Shown here piece by piece: positions 26,269 to 39,278 of a DNA stretch of 64,000 nucleotides. The DNA is from Octopus sinensis (lineage: Eukaryota). A program made the position numbers and the translations under genes. The notes below the pieces were generated by a model. The model was given only the letters and a program-made list of their open reading frames with translations. It was not told where the DNA came from and made no database searches. Where the stretch lies: the NCBI RefSeq assembly GCF_006345805.1, contig NC_043007.1, forward strand, positions 24,552,001 to 24,616,000, read 5' to 3'. Each line of letters begins with the position of its first letter. Within the stretch, counting starts at the first letter, position 1.

Positions 26269-26883
26269 TTTGTCCAGAGTGCTACACAGTGAGACTGAAC
26301 CTGGAACCATGCAGTTATGAAGCCAACGTCTTACCACACAGCAAGACCTGCACTTATATGGAAACTAAAATTAAACAGAAGGGTTGGAAGGGACCCATAT
26401 ATACATCCCATTCTCCATCAGCATCACCATCTTCAATTTTACATTTATTTTTATCATGTCAACATTGGTGGTTATGGTGGTGATGATTGGAACATTGCTC
26501 GACGGGACTTGTAATCCTTCATTAATTACTTCATTAATCATTCTTCACCAATTCAACCCATGTCTTCCTTGATCTGCCTCTTCTATGGCTTCTATCCTCT
26601 TTGACTGCATCCAATTGGCAATTTCCACAAGCATCACATAACCTTTACAAGAATAGTCTTCACTTGAACACTCTTCATTTAATTTATTTTTACACACTAT
26701 TTTTATCTCAGCTCATTTATACTTCATCATTCGTGCAGTGTGCTCACATCAGTTTTGTACAATTTTCACAATTCCTTGCAACCATATGCTTACACAACCA
26801 CGCATGCACCAGCACACTTATGCCTGTGTAAGACAGTAATGCATGTGCCTGCACAAACATGGTTGTACAGCTTGTTTACACAT

Positions 26884-27272
26884 AGGCGTAGGAGTGGCTG
26901 TGTGGTAAGTAGCTTGCTTACCAACCACATGGTTCTGGGTTCAGTCCCACTGTGTGGCACCTTGGGTAATTGTTTTCTACTATAACCTCAGGCCAACCAA
27001 AGCCTTGTGAGTGGATTTGGTAGACGGAAACTGAAAGAAGCCCGTCGTATATATGTAGATATATATATGTATATGTGTGTGTATATATTTGTCCCCCCAA
27101 TATCGCTTGACAACCGATGCTGGTGTGTTTACGTTCCCGTAACTTAGCAGTTTGGCAAAAGAGACCGATAGAATAAGTACTAGGCTTACAAAGAATAAGT
27201 CCTGGGGTCGATCTTCTCGACTAAAGATAGTACTCCAGCAAGGCCACAGTCAAATGACTGAAACAAATAAAA
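26884..27272 (+). mobile_element. Family B SINE
   Basis: Complete head, core, microsatellite and tail. Confidence 0.9.
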
Positions 27273-27300
27273 GATTAGAGTAAAGAGAGTTACAAAAGCT

Positions 27301-27770
27301 ATGCATGCACCTATACAACAATGTCTGCATTTACACAGCCATGCATGTACCTACACAGCTATGCCTGCACCTAAACAGCAATGCTTGCACCAAAACAAGA
27401 ATGTCTGCACCTAAACAAGCATGTCTGCACCTAAACAGTAATGCTTGCACCTACACTGCAATATCTGCACCTAAACAGCAATGCTTGCTTCTATATAACA
27501 ATGCCTGTACCTTCACAGCTATAACTATCCCTACACAGAAATGTCTGTGACTACAGGGTCATGCCAGAACCTGCAGAACCATACCTTCATCTAAAAAAAG
27601 ATGCCTTCACTGGCACAGCCATGCTTGTGCCTATATATCTATGCCTATTCATACATAGCTAGACTTGTTCTTACATGTCCCTTCAAAGCCATGCCTAAGT
27701 CTTTATCACTATAGCTGCCCTTCACAGAAATGCTTGTGCATACAGAGCTATGCTTACCCCTACACAGCCG
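27301..27770. repeat. 20-bp minisatellite (consensus ~atgcctgcacctaaacagca)
   Basis: Exact 20-bp register from 27301 to ~27680, then degenerate; similar units at ~26780-26880. Confidence 0.85.
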
Positions 27771-27888
27771 TCCTAACACATAATGGTTGATTAGCAGAAA
27801 TGTTAAAATATCTAACAAAATGATTTATAATATTCCGTTCATATCCTGTACACTCTGAAGTCAAATCCCACAGAAGTGAGATACTCCT

Positions 27889-28106
27889 CTAACCTTTTCG
27901 TTACCAACCCGGCTCTGGCTCCAAGTACAAATGTCCTGTTTTCATAAGTTTTGAATAAAAATCTTCCACCAAACCTTAGTCACAATTTATGTTCCTAACA
28001 CTAGCTTAATGATAACTAAGTTATTTTACTTAATTCTTTGTTATATTTAAAGTAATTGAAAGAAACACAGAGCATCTCAAAATAAATACAGCAACGAAAG
28101 GGTTAA
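27889..28106. mobile_element. piggyBac-type MITE
   Basis: 'aaccttttcgttac...gcaacgaaagggttaa'; homologous to 28161-28389 and 55969-56198. Confidence 0.8.
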
Positions 28107-28160
28107 ACAGTGTGAATGAATAAGCATTGTATTTGACAGAGTAGTCTGAATGCTAAATGG

Positions 28161-28389
28161 TTAACCCTTTCGTTACCAACCCAGCTGAAACCGCCTCTGG
28201 CTCTGTAGTACAAATGTCTTGTTTTCATAAGTTTTCAATTAAAGTCTTCCACCAAACCTTAGTCACAATTTATGTTCATAATACTAGCTTAATGATAACT
28301 AAGTTATTTTACTAAATTCTTTGTTATATTTAAAATCAATTGAAAGAAACACAGAGCATCTCAAAATTAATACAGTAACAAAAGGTTAA
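28161..28389. mobile_element. piggyBac-type MITE
   Basis: TTAA-ccctttcgttac ... gtaacaaaagg-TTAA. Confidence 0.88.
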
Positions 28390-29270
28390 TCCCTTCAGGA
28401 CCTATAAATACAGTGACAGCTAAGTGCTGGTGAAGCTCTTTTTCCCTTTAGCTATCAGATCCTAGTCCTTCTGGTGGAAAAGGCATCTGTGTCTGTCTGC
28501 AAATACATGGACTTATGAAACCATTAGCAAAACCATAGACCATGTTGATGCCAAGTCCACTTTAATGCAAGGGATGGCTGTTTTGTGTGTGAGTGTGTGT
28601 GTTTGAGTGGATATATGTGGGAGATCTGTTTGGTAGCAGAAAAGGCATTTAACTCCTATTTCTAAATTCGGTGCGTGGCGAAGCAATTAGATGACCCCTG
28701 ATTATAATTATGGTTATAATTACAGAATATTTGTATAATTCTACCTAAAAAGCTTTTTTTAACATACCAAACTACTTGGTAAAATTATTAATTATTAATT
28801 TATTTTACCCTTTTATTAACATTGAGATTATATATATATATATACATACACACACACACATATGTAGCATGAAATGCGGACGTTAAATGATGATGATGAT
28901 AATGACACACACACACACACATACATGTATGTATGTATGTATGTATGTATGTATGTATGTATGTATGTATGTATGTATGTATGTATGTATTTTATTTTTT
29001 GTTCTTTAATTTGTTTCAGTCATGCTGGAGCATCACCTTTAGTTGACCAAATCGACCCCAAGACATATTCTTTGTAAGCCTAGTACTTATTCTATTGGTC
29101 TCTTTTGCCAAACTGCTAAGTTACGGGGACGTAAACACACTAGCATTGGTTGTCAAGCAATGTTGGGGTGACGACAGACACACAAGCATATGCATATACA
29201 TATGTATGTATACATATACATGTTTGTATGTATATGTACACATATGTATGCATGTGTGTGTGCATATGTG

Positions 29271-29306
<36 letters not shown>

Positions 29307-29310
29307 GCAT

Positions 29311-29707
29311 AGGTGCAGGAGTGACTGTGTGGTAAGAAGCTTGCTTACCAACCACATGGTTCTAGGTTCACTCCCACTGCATGGCACCTTGGGCGAGTGT
29401 CTTCTACTATAGCCTTGGGCCGCCCAAAGCTTTGTGAGTGGATTTGGTAGACGGAAACTGAAAATAGCCCATTGTGTGTATATATATATATATATATATA
29501 TGTTTGTATGTCTGTGTTTGTCCCCCCCCAACCATAGCTTGACAACTGATGTGGGTGTGTTTATGTCCCTGTACCCTAGCAGTTCAGCAAAAGAAGACCG
29601 GTAGAATAAGTACTAGATTTACGAAGAATAAGTCCTGGGGAGGTTGATTTGTTCAACTAAAGGCGGTGCTCCAGCATGGCCGCAGTCAAACGACTGAAAC
29701 AAGTAGG
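29311..29707 (+). mobile_element. Family B SINE
   Basis: Head, core and tail recognisable; another B tail lies on the minus strand at ~28990-29185. Confidence 0.85.
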
Positions 29708-30224
29708 AGAAACAAAAAAAAAAAAAAATAATAAATATGTATATAGAGAGAGAGAGAAAGAGAGAGAGTATGGAGATTTAAAAGCAATACTACCACCGCC
29801 ACCACCGCCGCCTCCACTGCCGCCTCCGCTGCACATGACATCTTGAACCATCTGAAGTAGCCAACTATGTTTATATTAACATAGTATTATTGGTTAGATA
29901 ACTATTACTACAGTAATACATTATGTCATGTGCTGTATTGACGTGAGAGCTGGCTGTGGTCTTGTTTAATGTTGTTTTTTTTTTTAACAGCAGGTTAGCC
30001 ACCGCCGCCGCCTTCGCCCCCCCCCCCTCTACCACCACTACTAACCTAGTAGTAGACCTATAGTGACCAAAGACATTCCAGCTGTGACCATCCAGTTTTG
30101 TTTTTTTAGAGGTAATTGCATTGTGTCCTTCTCTTATTCAACATGGTAGGTTGTCTAATTCGAGGAAGGCATGACTGTTATTTCTAGAAGGTCGAGTAGC
30201 CTGTCACGGTTCTTTCACCAACGT

Positions 30225-32105
30225 GGTGGTGTTAGCAATGCTCGTAGTAGTGGTAGTAGAAGTAGTAGTAGTAGTAATAGTAATAGTAGTAGTAGTAGTA
30301 GTAGCAGTAGTGGTGGTGGTAGTAGTAGTAATAGTAGTAGTAGCAACAGTAGTAGTAGTAGCAGCTGCAGTAGTGGTAGTAATAGTAGTAGCAGCAGCAG
30401 CAGTAGTTGTGGTAATGGTGGTGGTGGTGGTAGTAGTAGTTGTCATCATTGTCGTTGTTGTAGTAATAGTAGCAGTGTTTGTGGCAGTGTTGGTGGTGGT
30501 GTTTGTGGTAGTATTGGTTGTAGCAGTGGCTGTGGTGATGATTGTGATAGTGATAGTGGTGTTGTAGTTGTTGGTGTTTTGTGATGGTAGTGGTAGTGGT
30601 GTTGTTAGTGGTTGAATTGGTGGAGGTGGTGGTATTGGTGGTGGTACTAGTGGTGATGGTGGAACAAATGCTGTTAATGTTGTTTGTGGTGGAGATAGTA
30701 TTGGTTGTGGTAAGGGTATTACTGTATGTAAGTGGTAGTGGCAGTGGTAGTGTTAATGGTGGTGTTGGTAGCAATGGTAGCAATAATGTTGTTATTGGCA
30801 ATGGGGTAGTGATGAGAGTAGTTGTTGGGGTGGTAGTAGCGGAGGTGAGAGTGGTAGTGTTGGGGTGGTGAAGGCAGTGTTAGTGGTGGGGCTGTTAGTG
30901 GTGGAGGTGTTAGTGGTGGGGGTGTTAGTGGTGGGAATGTTAGTAGTGGGGATGTTAGTGGTGGAGGTGTTAGTGGTGGGAGTATTAGTGGTGGGGGTGG
31001 TAGTGTTAGAGGTGGGGCAGTATTTGTGGAGGTGGTAGTGGTGGTTGGGGTAGGAGTGTTAGTGGTGGGTGTGGTAGTGGTGGGGGTAGAATTGTGGGGG
31101 TGAGAGTGATGGAGGTGGTAGTGTTGGGCTGGTGGGGATGGTGGTTTTGGTATGATAGTAAAAAGTGTTCCTGGTGACAAAGGTGTAGGAGGAATGGTGG
31201 TTGTGGTAGTAATAGTAGTAGTAGTAGCAGTAGTAGTAATATCATCATCATCATCATCATCATTATTATTATTAAGGCGGCGAACTGGCAGAAACGTTAG
31301 CAAACCAGGCGAAATGCTGAGATGTATTTCGACTGTCTTTACGTTCTGAGTTCAAATTCTGCTGAGGTCGACTTTGCCTTTCATCATTTCGAGGTCGATA
31401 AATTAAGTACCAGTTACGCACTGGGGTCGAATGGCTTCCTCTCCAAAAATTTCGGGCTTTGTGCCTAGAGTAGAAAAGATTATTATTATTACTATTATTA
31501 TTATTATTAGTAGTAGTAGTTGCTGTTGGAGGAGTGGGTATAGTTACCAAGAACAATAGTCATGCTGATGGTTGTTGCTGTTGTTGTTGTTGGTGGTGGT
31601 GTTGCTGTCTTTGTTGCCACAGGTCAGTTTGGGTTGAGCTGACCCTACAATCAAAGATGTTCCGACTGTGAATTTCCCATATCTTTTCCCCAAGAGCATT
31701 CAATACAAACATAAGACTGCATTGTCCACGTTGTCTCATGGTAGGATGTGATTTGAGGAAGATTTGGCAGCTATTTCTTGTAGAGCAAGAGACCACGTAG
31801 AGGTCGTCCTTGCTGTCTCATGGTTGAAGTAGTAAGCCAACAAATGGTAGCAGTTTATGTTAGTAATGATGGAATGCAGCTGACCTACTACTACTACTAC
31901 TAATACAACCATCACCACCACTAATACTGCTACTATAACCATCACGACTACTACTACCACTACTATAACCATGACCACCACCACTACTACAACAAAAACC
32001 ACTAATACTACAATAAGTAGTAGTAGTAGCACTACTACTACTACTATAACCACAACCACTACTACTGCTGCTGCTACTACCACCACTACTACTACTACTA
32101 CTACA
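30225..32105. repeat. Long compound (AGT/GGT/TGT)n degenerate trinucleotide region
   Basis: Source of the poly-V, poly-T and poly-S ORFs; interrupted by a family C SINE at 31274-31480. Confidence 0.9.
31274..31480 (+). mobile_element. Family C SINE
   Basis: 'aaggcggcgaactggcagaaacgttagc...gagttcaaattc...gcctttcatcatttcgaggtcgataaattaagtaccag'; ATT repeats on both sides. Confidence 0.9.
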
Positions 32106-32527
32106 ACCGTTTTAGGACAGTGGATTGACAGAGTCAAAAGAATCATGGGTAAAAATGCCTTGCAGTATTTCTCTTGGCTCTTTATGCTCTGAGTTCAATT
32201 CCTGCGAGGGCCAACTTTGTCTTTCATCCTTCCACTCTCCAGGATTGATAAACTAAAGTACCAGGGTCAATGATAGTGACTAACGGCCTCCTCTTAAAAC
32301 TGCAAGCCTTTTTTGCCAAAAACTGAGACATTTATTATTATCAGCATCTCATCTGTCTTTACATTTTGAGTTCAAATTCTGGCGAGGTTGACTTTGCCTT
32401 TCATCCTTTTCAGGTTGATGAAATAAGTACCAGTTGAATACTGAGGTCCATGTTATTGACTAGACCCCCCTTAGAAAAATAAATTTCAAGCCTTGTGCAA
32501 ATAGTAGATTGGATTATTATTATTATT

Positions 32528-33063
32528 GAGTGAGAGAGCAGTGCATGCCATCAAAGTGACACTGGGGTAAGATATACGAAGCCCAATATACCCATCACGA
32601 CTACCTGTCTGATAAGGGTACACCAGGCACATGAATCACAACCATATGTGCACGGCATGGTGATGTCATATCAAGATAAACAGCGCATAACCTTGCAGGT
32701 GGGGCCCAGTTAAAATTTTCTTCTGATCGAGTAACCCATCCCACTCAAAAGGTCCCTAAATAAGGGTTGTTTAAGGATGTTGAAAGAAAACACCCATGTT
32801 TCCAGAGGTGAATTATCCAAACCCCAAAGAATTCCTATGATGCTCCCCCACTACTTCTGCTTGTGATCAGAGATGCACATATTGTCAGCCACATGCTCAA
32901 CTGGTCATGGTGAAACAACTGACAAGCAAATCTGTGGTATTGAGCAGAATATTTGCTGTAGCCCATCTTTTATACAAAGACAAAACAAAGTACATGATAA
33001 CACTTCCCTATCAGTTAAGATCAGAAGCCATGAGAGCCATTACCTAGTACTGCATCAGGGCAT
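32528..33063. mobile_element. Second copy of the ~560-bp (ATT)n-flanked element
   Basis: End-to-end homology with 24433-24988. Confidence 0.85.
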
Positions 33064-33083
33064 CTCTTATTATTATTATTATT

Positions 33084-33504
33084 AAGGCGGTGAGCTGGCA
33101 GAATTGTTAGCATGCTGGGCGAAATCCTCAGTGGTATTTTGTCTGTCTTCATGTTATGAGTTCAAATGTCGCCAGGATCAACTTTTCCTTTCATCCTTTT
33201 GGGATTGATAAATTAAGTACCAGTTACATACTGGGGTCGATGTAATCGACTTAATCCCTTCTCCCAAATTTGAGGTTTTGTGCTTCGTGTAGAAAGAATT
33301 ATTAAGGTGGCGAGCTGAAAGAATCATTAGCACACTGGATGGAATGTTTAGACAGTATTTCACTTGTTGCTACGTTCTGGGTCCAAATTCAGCCAAGGTT
33401 GACCTTGGGGGGGGGGGTAAAATAAGTACCAGTTGTGCACTGGAGTTGATGTTATCAACTAGTCCCCCACCCAAATTTCAAGCCTTGTACCTATAATAGA
33501 AAGG

Positions 33505-33542
<38 letters not shown>

Positions 33543-34170
33543 GGCGGCAATCTGACAGAATTTGTTAGCGTGCCAGGCAAATAGCTTAGTGGCATTTTGT
33601 CTGTCTATACGTTCTGAGTTCAAATTCCGCTGAGGTTGATTTTTGCCTTTCATCCTTTCAGGGTCGATAAATTAAGTGCCAGTGTTTCACTGGGGTCAAT
33701 GTAATTGACTAGTCCCCTCCTACAAAATTTCATGCCTTATGCCTTTAATAGAAAGGATTATTATTATTAAGATGGTCAGCAACAGAATCATTTGTACGTC
33801 AGAGAAAATGAAGTATCTGCCAAGTACTAGGTGCTTTTTATGTGGCACCAGCACAGATACTTTATGCATGGCGCCAAAACAGGTGCTTTTTATGTGGCAC
33901 CAGCACCCGTGGGTTCACAAGATAAGGCCCTCTCAGAGCCAGCTGGAAGAATCGTTAGCCTGCTGGGCGAAATGCTTAGCGGTATTTCGTCTGTCGCTAC
34001 ATTCTGAGTTCAAATTCTGCCCAGGTCGACTTTGCCTTTCATCCTTTTGGGGTCGATAAATTAAGTACCAGTTACGCACTGGGGTCAATATAATCAACTT
34101 AATTCGTTTGTCTGTCCTTGTTTGTCCCCTTTGTGTATAGCCCGTTGTGGGCAATAAAGAAATAAGATAA
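33084..34170 (+). mobile_element. Head-to-tail cluster of four family C SINEs
   Basis: Starts at ~33084, 33304, 33541 and ~33940; the first three each begin directly after an ATT tract. Confidence 0.85.
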
Positions 34171-34619
34171 GGCCCTCTCAGATGAGAGAGGAAGCAGGGA
34201 CTCGGCCACAAAGGACATACCTGTTTGTATAGATTGCCACAATTTTACTTCACCTGATGTGTCTTCTAAAGCACAGCAAATTACCAGAAGTCTCAGTACC
34301 TTGTTATCTTCACAGTGAGGCCCAGTTTTTGAAGATCCTTTTGGGCTATGAAAGTACAAGTACTTTCTTTCCTAGGATTGTTTTCTACAAAATTTCACTC
34401 ACAACCCTTAGTTCAACCGAAGGGTATGTATGATAAAAGACATTTGCTGCACATGCCGTCTGATAGAATTGAACACCGAAGCTAATGACTCAGTAAACAA
34501 ACTTCTTAATATAGACCAAGTTCCTATGTAAACTGGTAATATACTAACATAATAATAGTGTTGTTGTTTCTGTGAAATTAGTCATTAAGTTTCGTCAAGA
34601 TCATGAAATTCCAATTTGT

Positions 34620-34785
34620 ATTGGCCCTGACAGTCTCCAGACTGAAACACTATTACCAATTTATGGCAAATCGTTAAATCAATGCTGAATTCAAGACCTC
34701 TAGAGATCAACGAATCATTATTTGTAACAGTTCTGGAAGAATGGTCAGAATTATAACCAACATTATTGAACAAAATGAACTGCAA
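34620..34785 (+). pseudogene. Tc1-like transposase C-terminal remnant
   Basis: WP*QSPD*NTITNLWQIVKSML...LEEWSEL matches the Tc1 WPxQSPDLNPIENLW motif. Confidence 0.65.
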
Positions 34786-34920
34786 CCATTCTGGGGTTGA
34801 TTGTTCCAACCTCTGTATTTATTCCAGCTTGTTAGTTATATTTATTGAATGGCTAAGGTTTATATCTAAATCTATCTATCTATCAATCTATCTATATATC
34901 TATCTATCTATCTATCTATC

Positions 34921-35012
<92 letters not shown>

Positions 35013-35019
35013 TTTATTT

Positions 35020-35499
35020 TGTAGATTTTAGAACATTTATACATAGAAGATCTTACAGCTGTTTCTAGGATATTTATTATATCCCTTCATCGGAGATGGT
35101 GTGAGAGGATGGTTAAGAAATAGTTAATTTAGATAAGATATAAAATAGAGAGTGAGCTGGAGGAAATAAAAGAAAATAGATGTGAGATATGTAGGGATAT
35201 TGCATTTGTAGATCCATTTTTTTAGGCAGAATGGTATACATATAATATTCCAATACCTTATGAGAATATTATATGTATACCATTCTGCCTAAAAAAATGG
35301 ATCTACAAATGCAATATCCCTACATATCTCACATCTATTTTCTTTTATTTCCTCCACCTCACTCTCTATTTTATATCTTATCTAAATCAACTATTTCTTA
35401 ACCATCCTCTCACACCATCTCCGATGAAGGGATATAATTAATAAATATCCTGGAAACAGCTGTAAGACCTATCTATCTATAAATGTTCTAAAATCTACA
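35020..35499. mobile_element. Fold-back element: ~230-bp inverted arms, each carrying a hammerhead motif
   Basis: 35020-35250 is the reverse complement of 35264-35499; 13-nt spacer; hammerheads at 35050-35097 (-) and 35417-35468 (+). Confidence 0.85.
35417..35468 (+). ncRNA. Type I hammerhead candidate (CCGAUGA core)
   Basis: aucu-CCGAUGA-a-gggauau-(loop)-auauccu-g-GAAAC-agcu-GUA-agac; palindromic stem III ACAGCUGU; mirror copy at 35050-35097 (-) with 4-bp stem I. Confidence 0.6.
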
Positions 35500-35719
35500 C
35501 AGCCTTGGTTTTTTTTATCTTATTACAAAATAAAATTTTTATATACACTCACTGACATATGACTAATGTTGAACCCCTCATTCACATAATCACCGAAACT
35601 GGAACTTAACTGCGGTCCATCTATAGCACTTATTCAGCATTACCTGACACCTTTGGGTCTCAATGACACCATTACATCTCATAACCTATATATATATATA
35701 TATATATATTCATACATAT

Positions 35720-35766
<47 letters not shown>

Positions 35767-35940
35767 TACACACAAATATACATGTACACACATAGATAAA
35801 TATAGATATATCTGTGTTTGAATATATGTATATGTTTGTGTGTGTGTGTATGCATAAATATAAATATATACTTATATATATATGTATATATACATATATA
35901 TGTGTATATATATATGTGTGTATATATATATGTGTATATA

Positions 35941-35975
<35 letters not shown>

Positions 35976-35987
35976 GTGTATATCCAA

Positions 35988-36262
35988 CTCGTGGCCGATG
36001 CCAGCACCGCCTCGACTGGCTTCCGTGCCGGTGGCACATAAAATACACCAATCCGACCGTGGCCGTTGCCAGCCTCGCCTGGCACCTGTGCAGGTGGCAC
36101 GTAAAAAGCACCCACTACACTCACGGAGTGGTTGGCGTTAGGAAGGGCATCCAGCTGTAGAAACATTGCCAGATAAGACTGGAGCCTGGTGCAGCCTTCT
36201 GGCTTCCCAGATTCCCGGTCGAACCGTCCAACCCATGCTAGCATGGAGAACGGACGTTAAAC

Positions 36263-36301
<39 letters not shown>
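35988..36301 (+). mobile_element. Family D element with long (GAT)n tail
   Basis: Two ~61-bp units plus the family D 3' body. Confidence 0.85.
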
Positions 36302-37072
36302 ATATATATATATATATATATATATGCATGTATGTATATAAAACATAGAAGTGGCACAGTACAACACTGGTTTATATAACTAAACATAAGCACAGATATA
36401 TGTGCATACACATACATATATACATGCATAATATAATATACATACATATATTTAGAAATCTATATAACACACACACACACTCAGAATATTTCCAGGTATC
36501 TGTCTACACAGTTTCTGTCTTAACAAATTCCACCAACATACCAACAAATTTTCACTGGACAATCCGAGGCAATAATTCAAAATACCCTATCAAGGAGCAC
36601 ACAAGGGTTGAACACAGAACTGAATGGTTACAAAGCAAACTGCTTAACCATAGATCCATGCTGTGAACCTATGATTACAAATATTAAAAATCCACCGGCA
36701 TAATCATGTCAGAAGCTTTTAATGTTGATTATCAATAAAAAGAAAATTACGTTTTTCCTCAAATCTAAAGAGAATTAATTATTTTATTGGATTTCAACAA
36801 AAACGTGAGTTTTTGAAGAAAAACAAAAATATCAAGAGTTTGTCTGAAACATACATAATTGCATACATACATACACATACATATATCATCATCCTCATCA
36901 TCATCATACTCATTGTATAACATCCACTTTCCATGCTGGCATGGGTCATGGGTTGGACAGGAAGTTATACATATATGTATATACATACATATATATGTAT
37001 ATCTATATACATACATATATATGTACATACGTACATACATACATATATTTGTATACATATATACATATATGT

Positions 37073-37130
<58 letters not shown>

Positions 37131-37268
37131 TTCCTAGTTTCAGCTCAGAGTTGTGGCCATGCTGATGCACCGCCGTTAAAAATTACCTTACGCCCGTATG
37201 TTATATTATATATATATACATACATGTATATATATATGTATGTATATGTGTGTATATGTATATATATA

Positions 37269-37301
<33 letters not shown>

Positions 37302-37710
37302 GATATATATATGTGTGTGTGGATATATATATATATATATACATTCATACATTTGATTTTGATTTTGATTTTTTAGTTTCAGCTCATGAGCTGTGGCCAT
37401 GCTGGGGCACCGCCATACATATATATTATATAAAAATCCGAGAATGTATTAAATTCTCGGATTTTTATCTGCACATTTAGCAATTTTTGTTGCTAAACTG
37501 TGAATTGCATAGTCTTTGTCATCTTAATATTTCCATTGATTTCAATATGGGATGAAGTATATAGCATATAATGGTTATTAAACTCTCTTTATCATATATC
37601 GTCCATATTTTGTCATCTATACAAGCTGTGTATATGCTTGAAGCTTACTGACTTTCTATATCAGAATCTTTTGTATCATACTACCCTACAACTATACAAT
37701 GTAGATACAT

Positions 37711-38468
37711 AGGCATGGCTGTGTGGGAAGAAGCTTGCTTTCCAACGGCATGATTGCAGGTTCAGTCCAATGGTGTGGCACTTAGGGCAAGTGTCTTTTA
37801 ATATAGCTTCAGGTTGATCAAAGCCTTTTGAGTGGATGTCATGGATGGAAACTAAAAGAAGCCTTACATACATGTGCATGTGTATGTGTGTGTGCATGTG
37901 TTCCACCACTGCTTGATAACTGGCATTGGTGTGTTTGTATCTAACTTAGCAGTTTGGCAAAAGAGACCAATAGAATGAGTACCAGGTTTTAAAAGAAGTC
38001 CTGAGGTCGATTTGGAAGTGCCCCAGCATGGCCACAGTCAAATGACTGAAACTAGTTAAAGATGAGAGATAAAAAATATATATGTGTGTATTTATATACA
38101 GGCACAGGCGTGGATGTGTGGTAAAAAGCTTGTTTCACAACCACATGGTTTTGGGTTCAGTCCCTTCTACTACAACTTCAGGCCGACCAAAAAAAAAAGT
38201 GGATTTGGTATATGGAAACTGAAAGAAGTCCATCATGTGTGTATGTGTGTGTGTGGGGGGGGTGCGTGTTTATGTGTGTGTCTGTGTTTGTCCCCCATCC
38301 ATTGCTTGACAACCGGTTTTGGTGTGTTTACATCCCCGTAACCTACCAGTTACCTAGACTGATAGAATAAGTACACCAGGCTTACAAAGAATAAGTCCTG
38401 GGCCTGATTTGTTCGATTAAAAGGTGGTGCTCCAGCATGACCACAGTGAAATGACTGAAACAAGTAAA
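37711..38468 (+). mobile_element. Two adjacent diverged family B SINEs
   Basis: Heads at ~37711 and ~38101; tails at ~38055 and ~38468. Confidence 0.75.
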
Positions 38469-38471
38469 TGT

Positions 38472-38845
38472 AAGGTGGCGAGCTGGCAGAAACGTTAGCA
38501 CGCTGGGTGAAATGCTTAGCGGTATTTCGTCTGCTGCTATGTTCTGAGTTCAAATTCTGCCGAGGTCAACTTTGCCTTTCATCCTTTCGGAGGCGATTAA
38601 ATAAGTACCAGTTACGTTTGGAGTAAATCTAATCGACTTAATCCGTTTGTCTGTCCTTGTTTGTCCTCTCTGTGTTTAGCCCCTTGTGGGTAGTCAAGAA
38701 ATAGGTATTTCGTCTGCTGCTATGTTCTGAGTTCAAATTCCGCCAAGATCGACTTTGCCTTTCATCCTTTTGGGGTCGATTAAATAATTCGTTTGTCTGT
38801 CCTTGTTTGTTCCCTCTGTGTGTAGCTCCTTGTGGACAGTAAGGA
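38472..38845 (+). mobile_element. Family C SINE (long-tail form) with partial tandem duplication
   Basis: 38705-38845 repeats the body and tail of 38472-38705. Confidence 0.8.
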
Positions 38846-39245
38846 AATATGAAACAAGTAAAAGAATATATGTATTTATATAGATATGATGCTGGTACCA
38901 CACGTAAAAAAAAACATGCAGTTTACTCTGTAAAGGGGTTGGTGTCAAGAAGTGAATCTAGTCTTAGAACCCAGGCCAATGTAACAGTAGAACTTGATGC
39001 AATCTTCTGCTCACCAGCTCTTGTCAATCAGTTGAACCCATGCTACCGTAGCATGGATGATGAAGGTGATGACAATGATAATGCTGCTGCTGATGATGAT
39101 GCACTGGACAGATATGGTGCTTTTACACCTTTTTACCATAAGAGAAAATATTTGCCATGGTAACTGCTGTGAATTTGCCATTTTGCAGTTGAAATATGGC
39201 ACAAACATATTTTTAACTAACCTAAAGTGTGTGTGTGTGTGTGTG

Positions 39246-39277
<32 letters not shown>

Positions 39278-39278
39278 T

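Noticed and set aside
27301-27770. Regular short repeats as a CRISPR-like array
   Set aside because: Units are contiguous with no unique spacers; eukaryotic context
30171-32192. Long poly-V/T/S/P ORFs resembling mucins (also 13170-13549)
   Set aside because: Degenerate trinucleotide repeats open in several frames on both strands, with no splice or domain support
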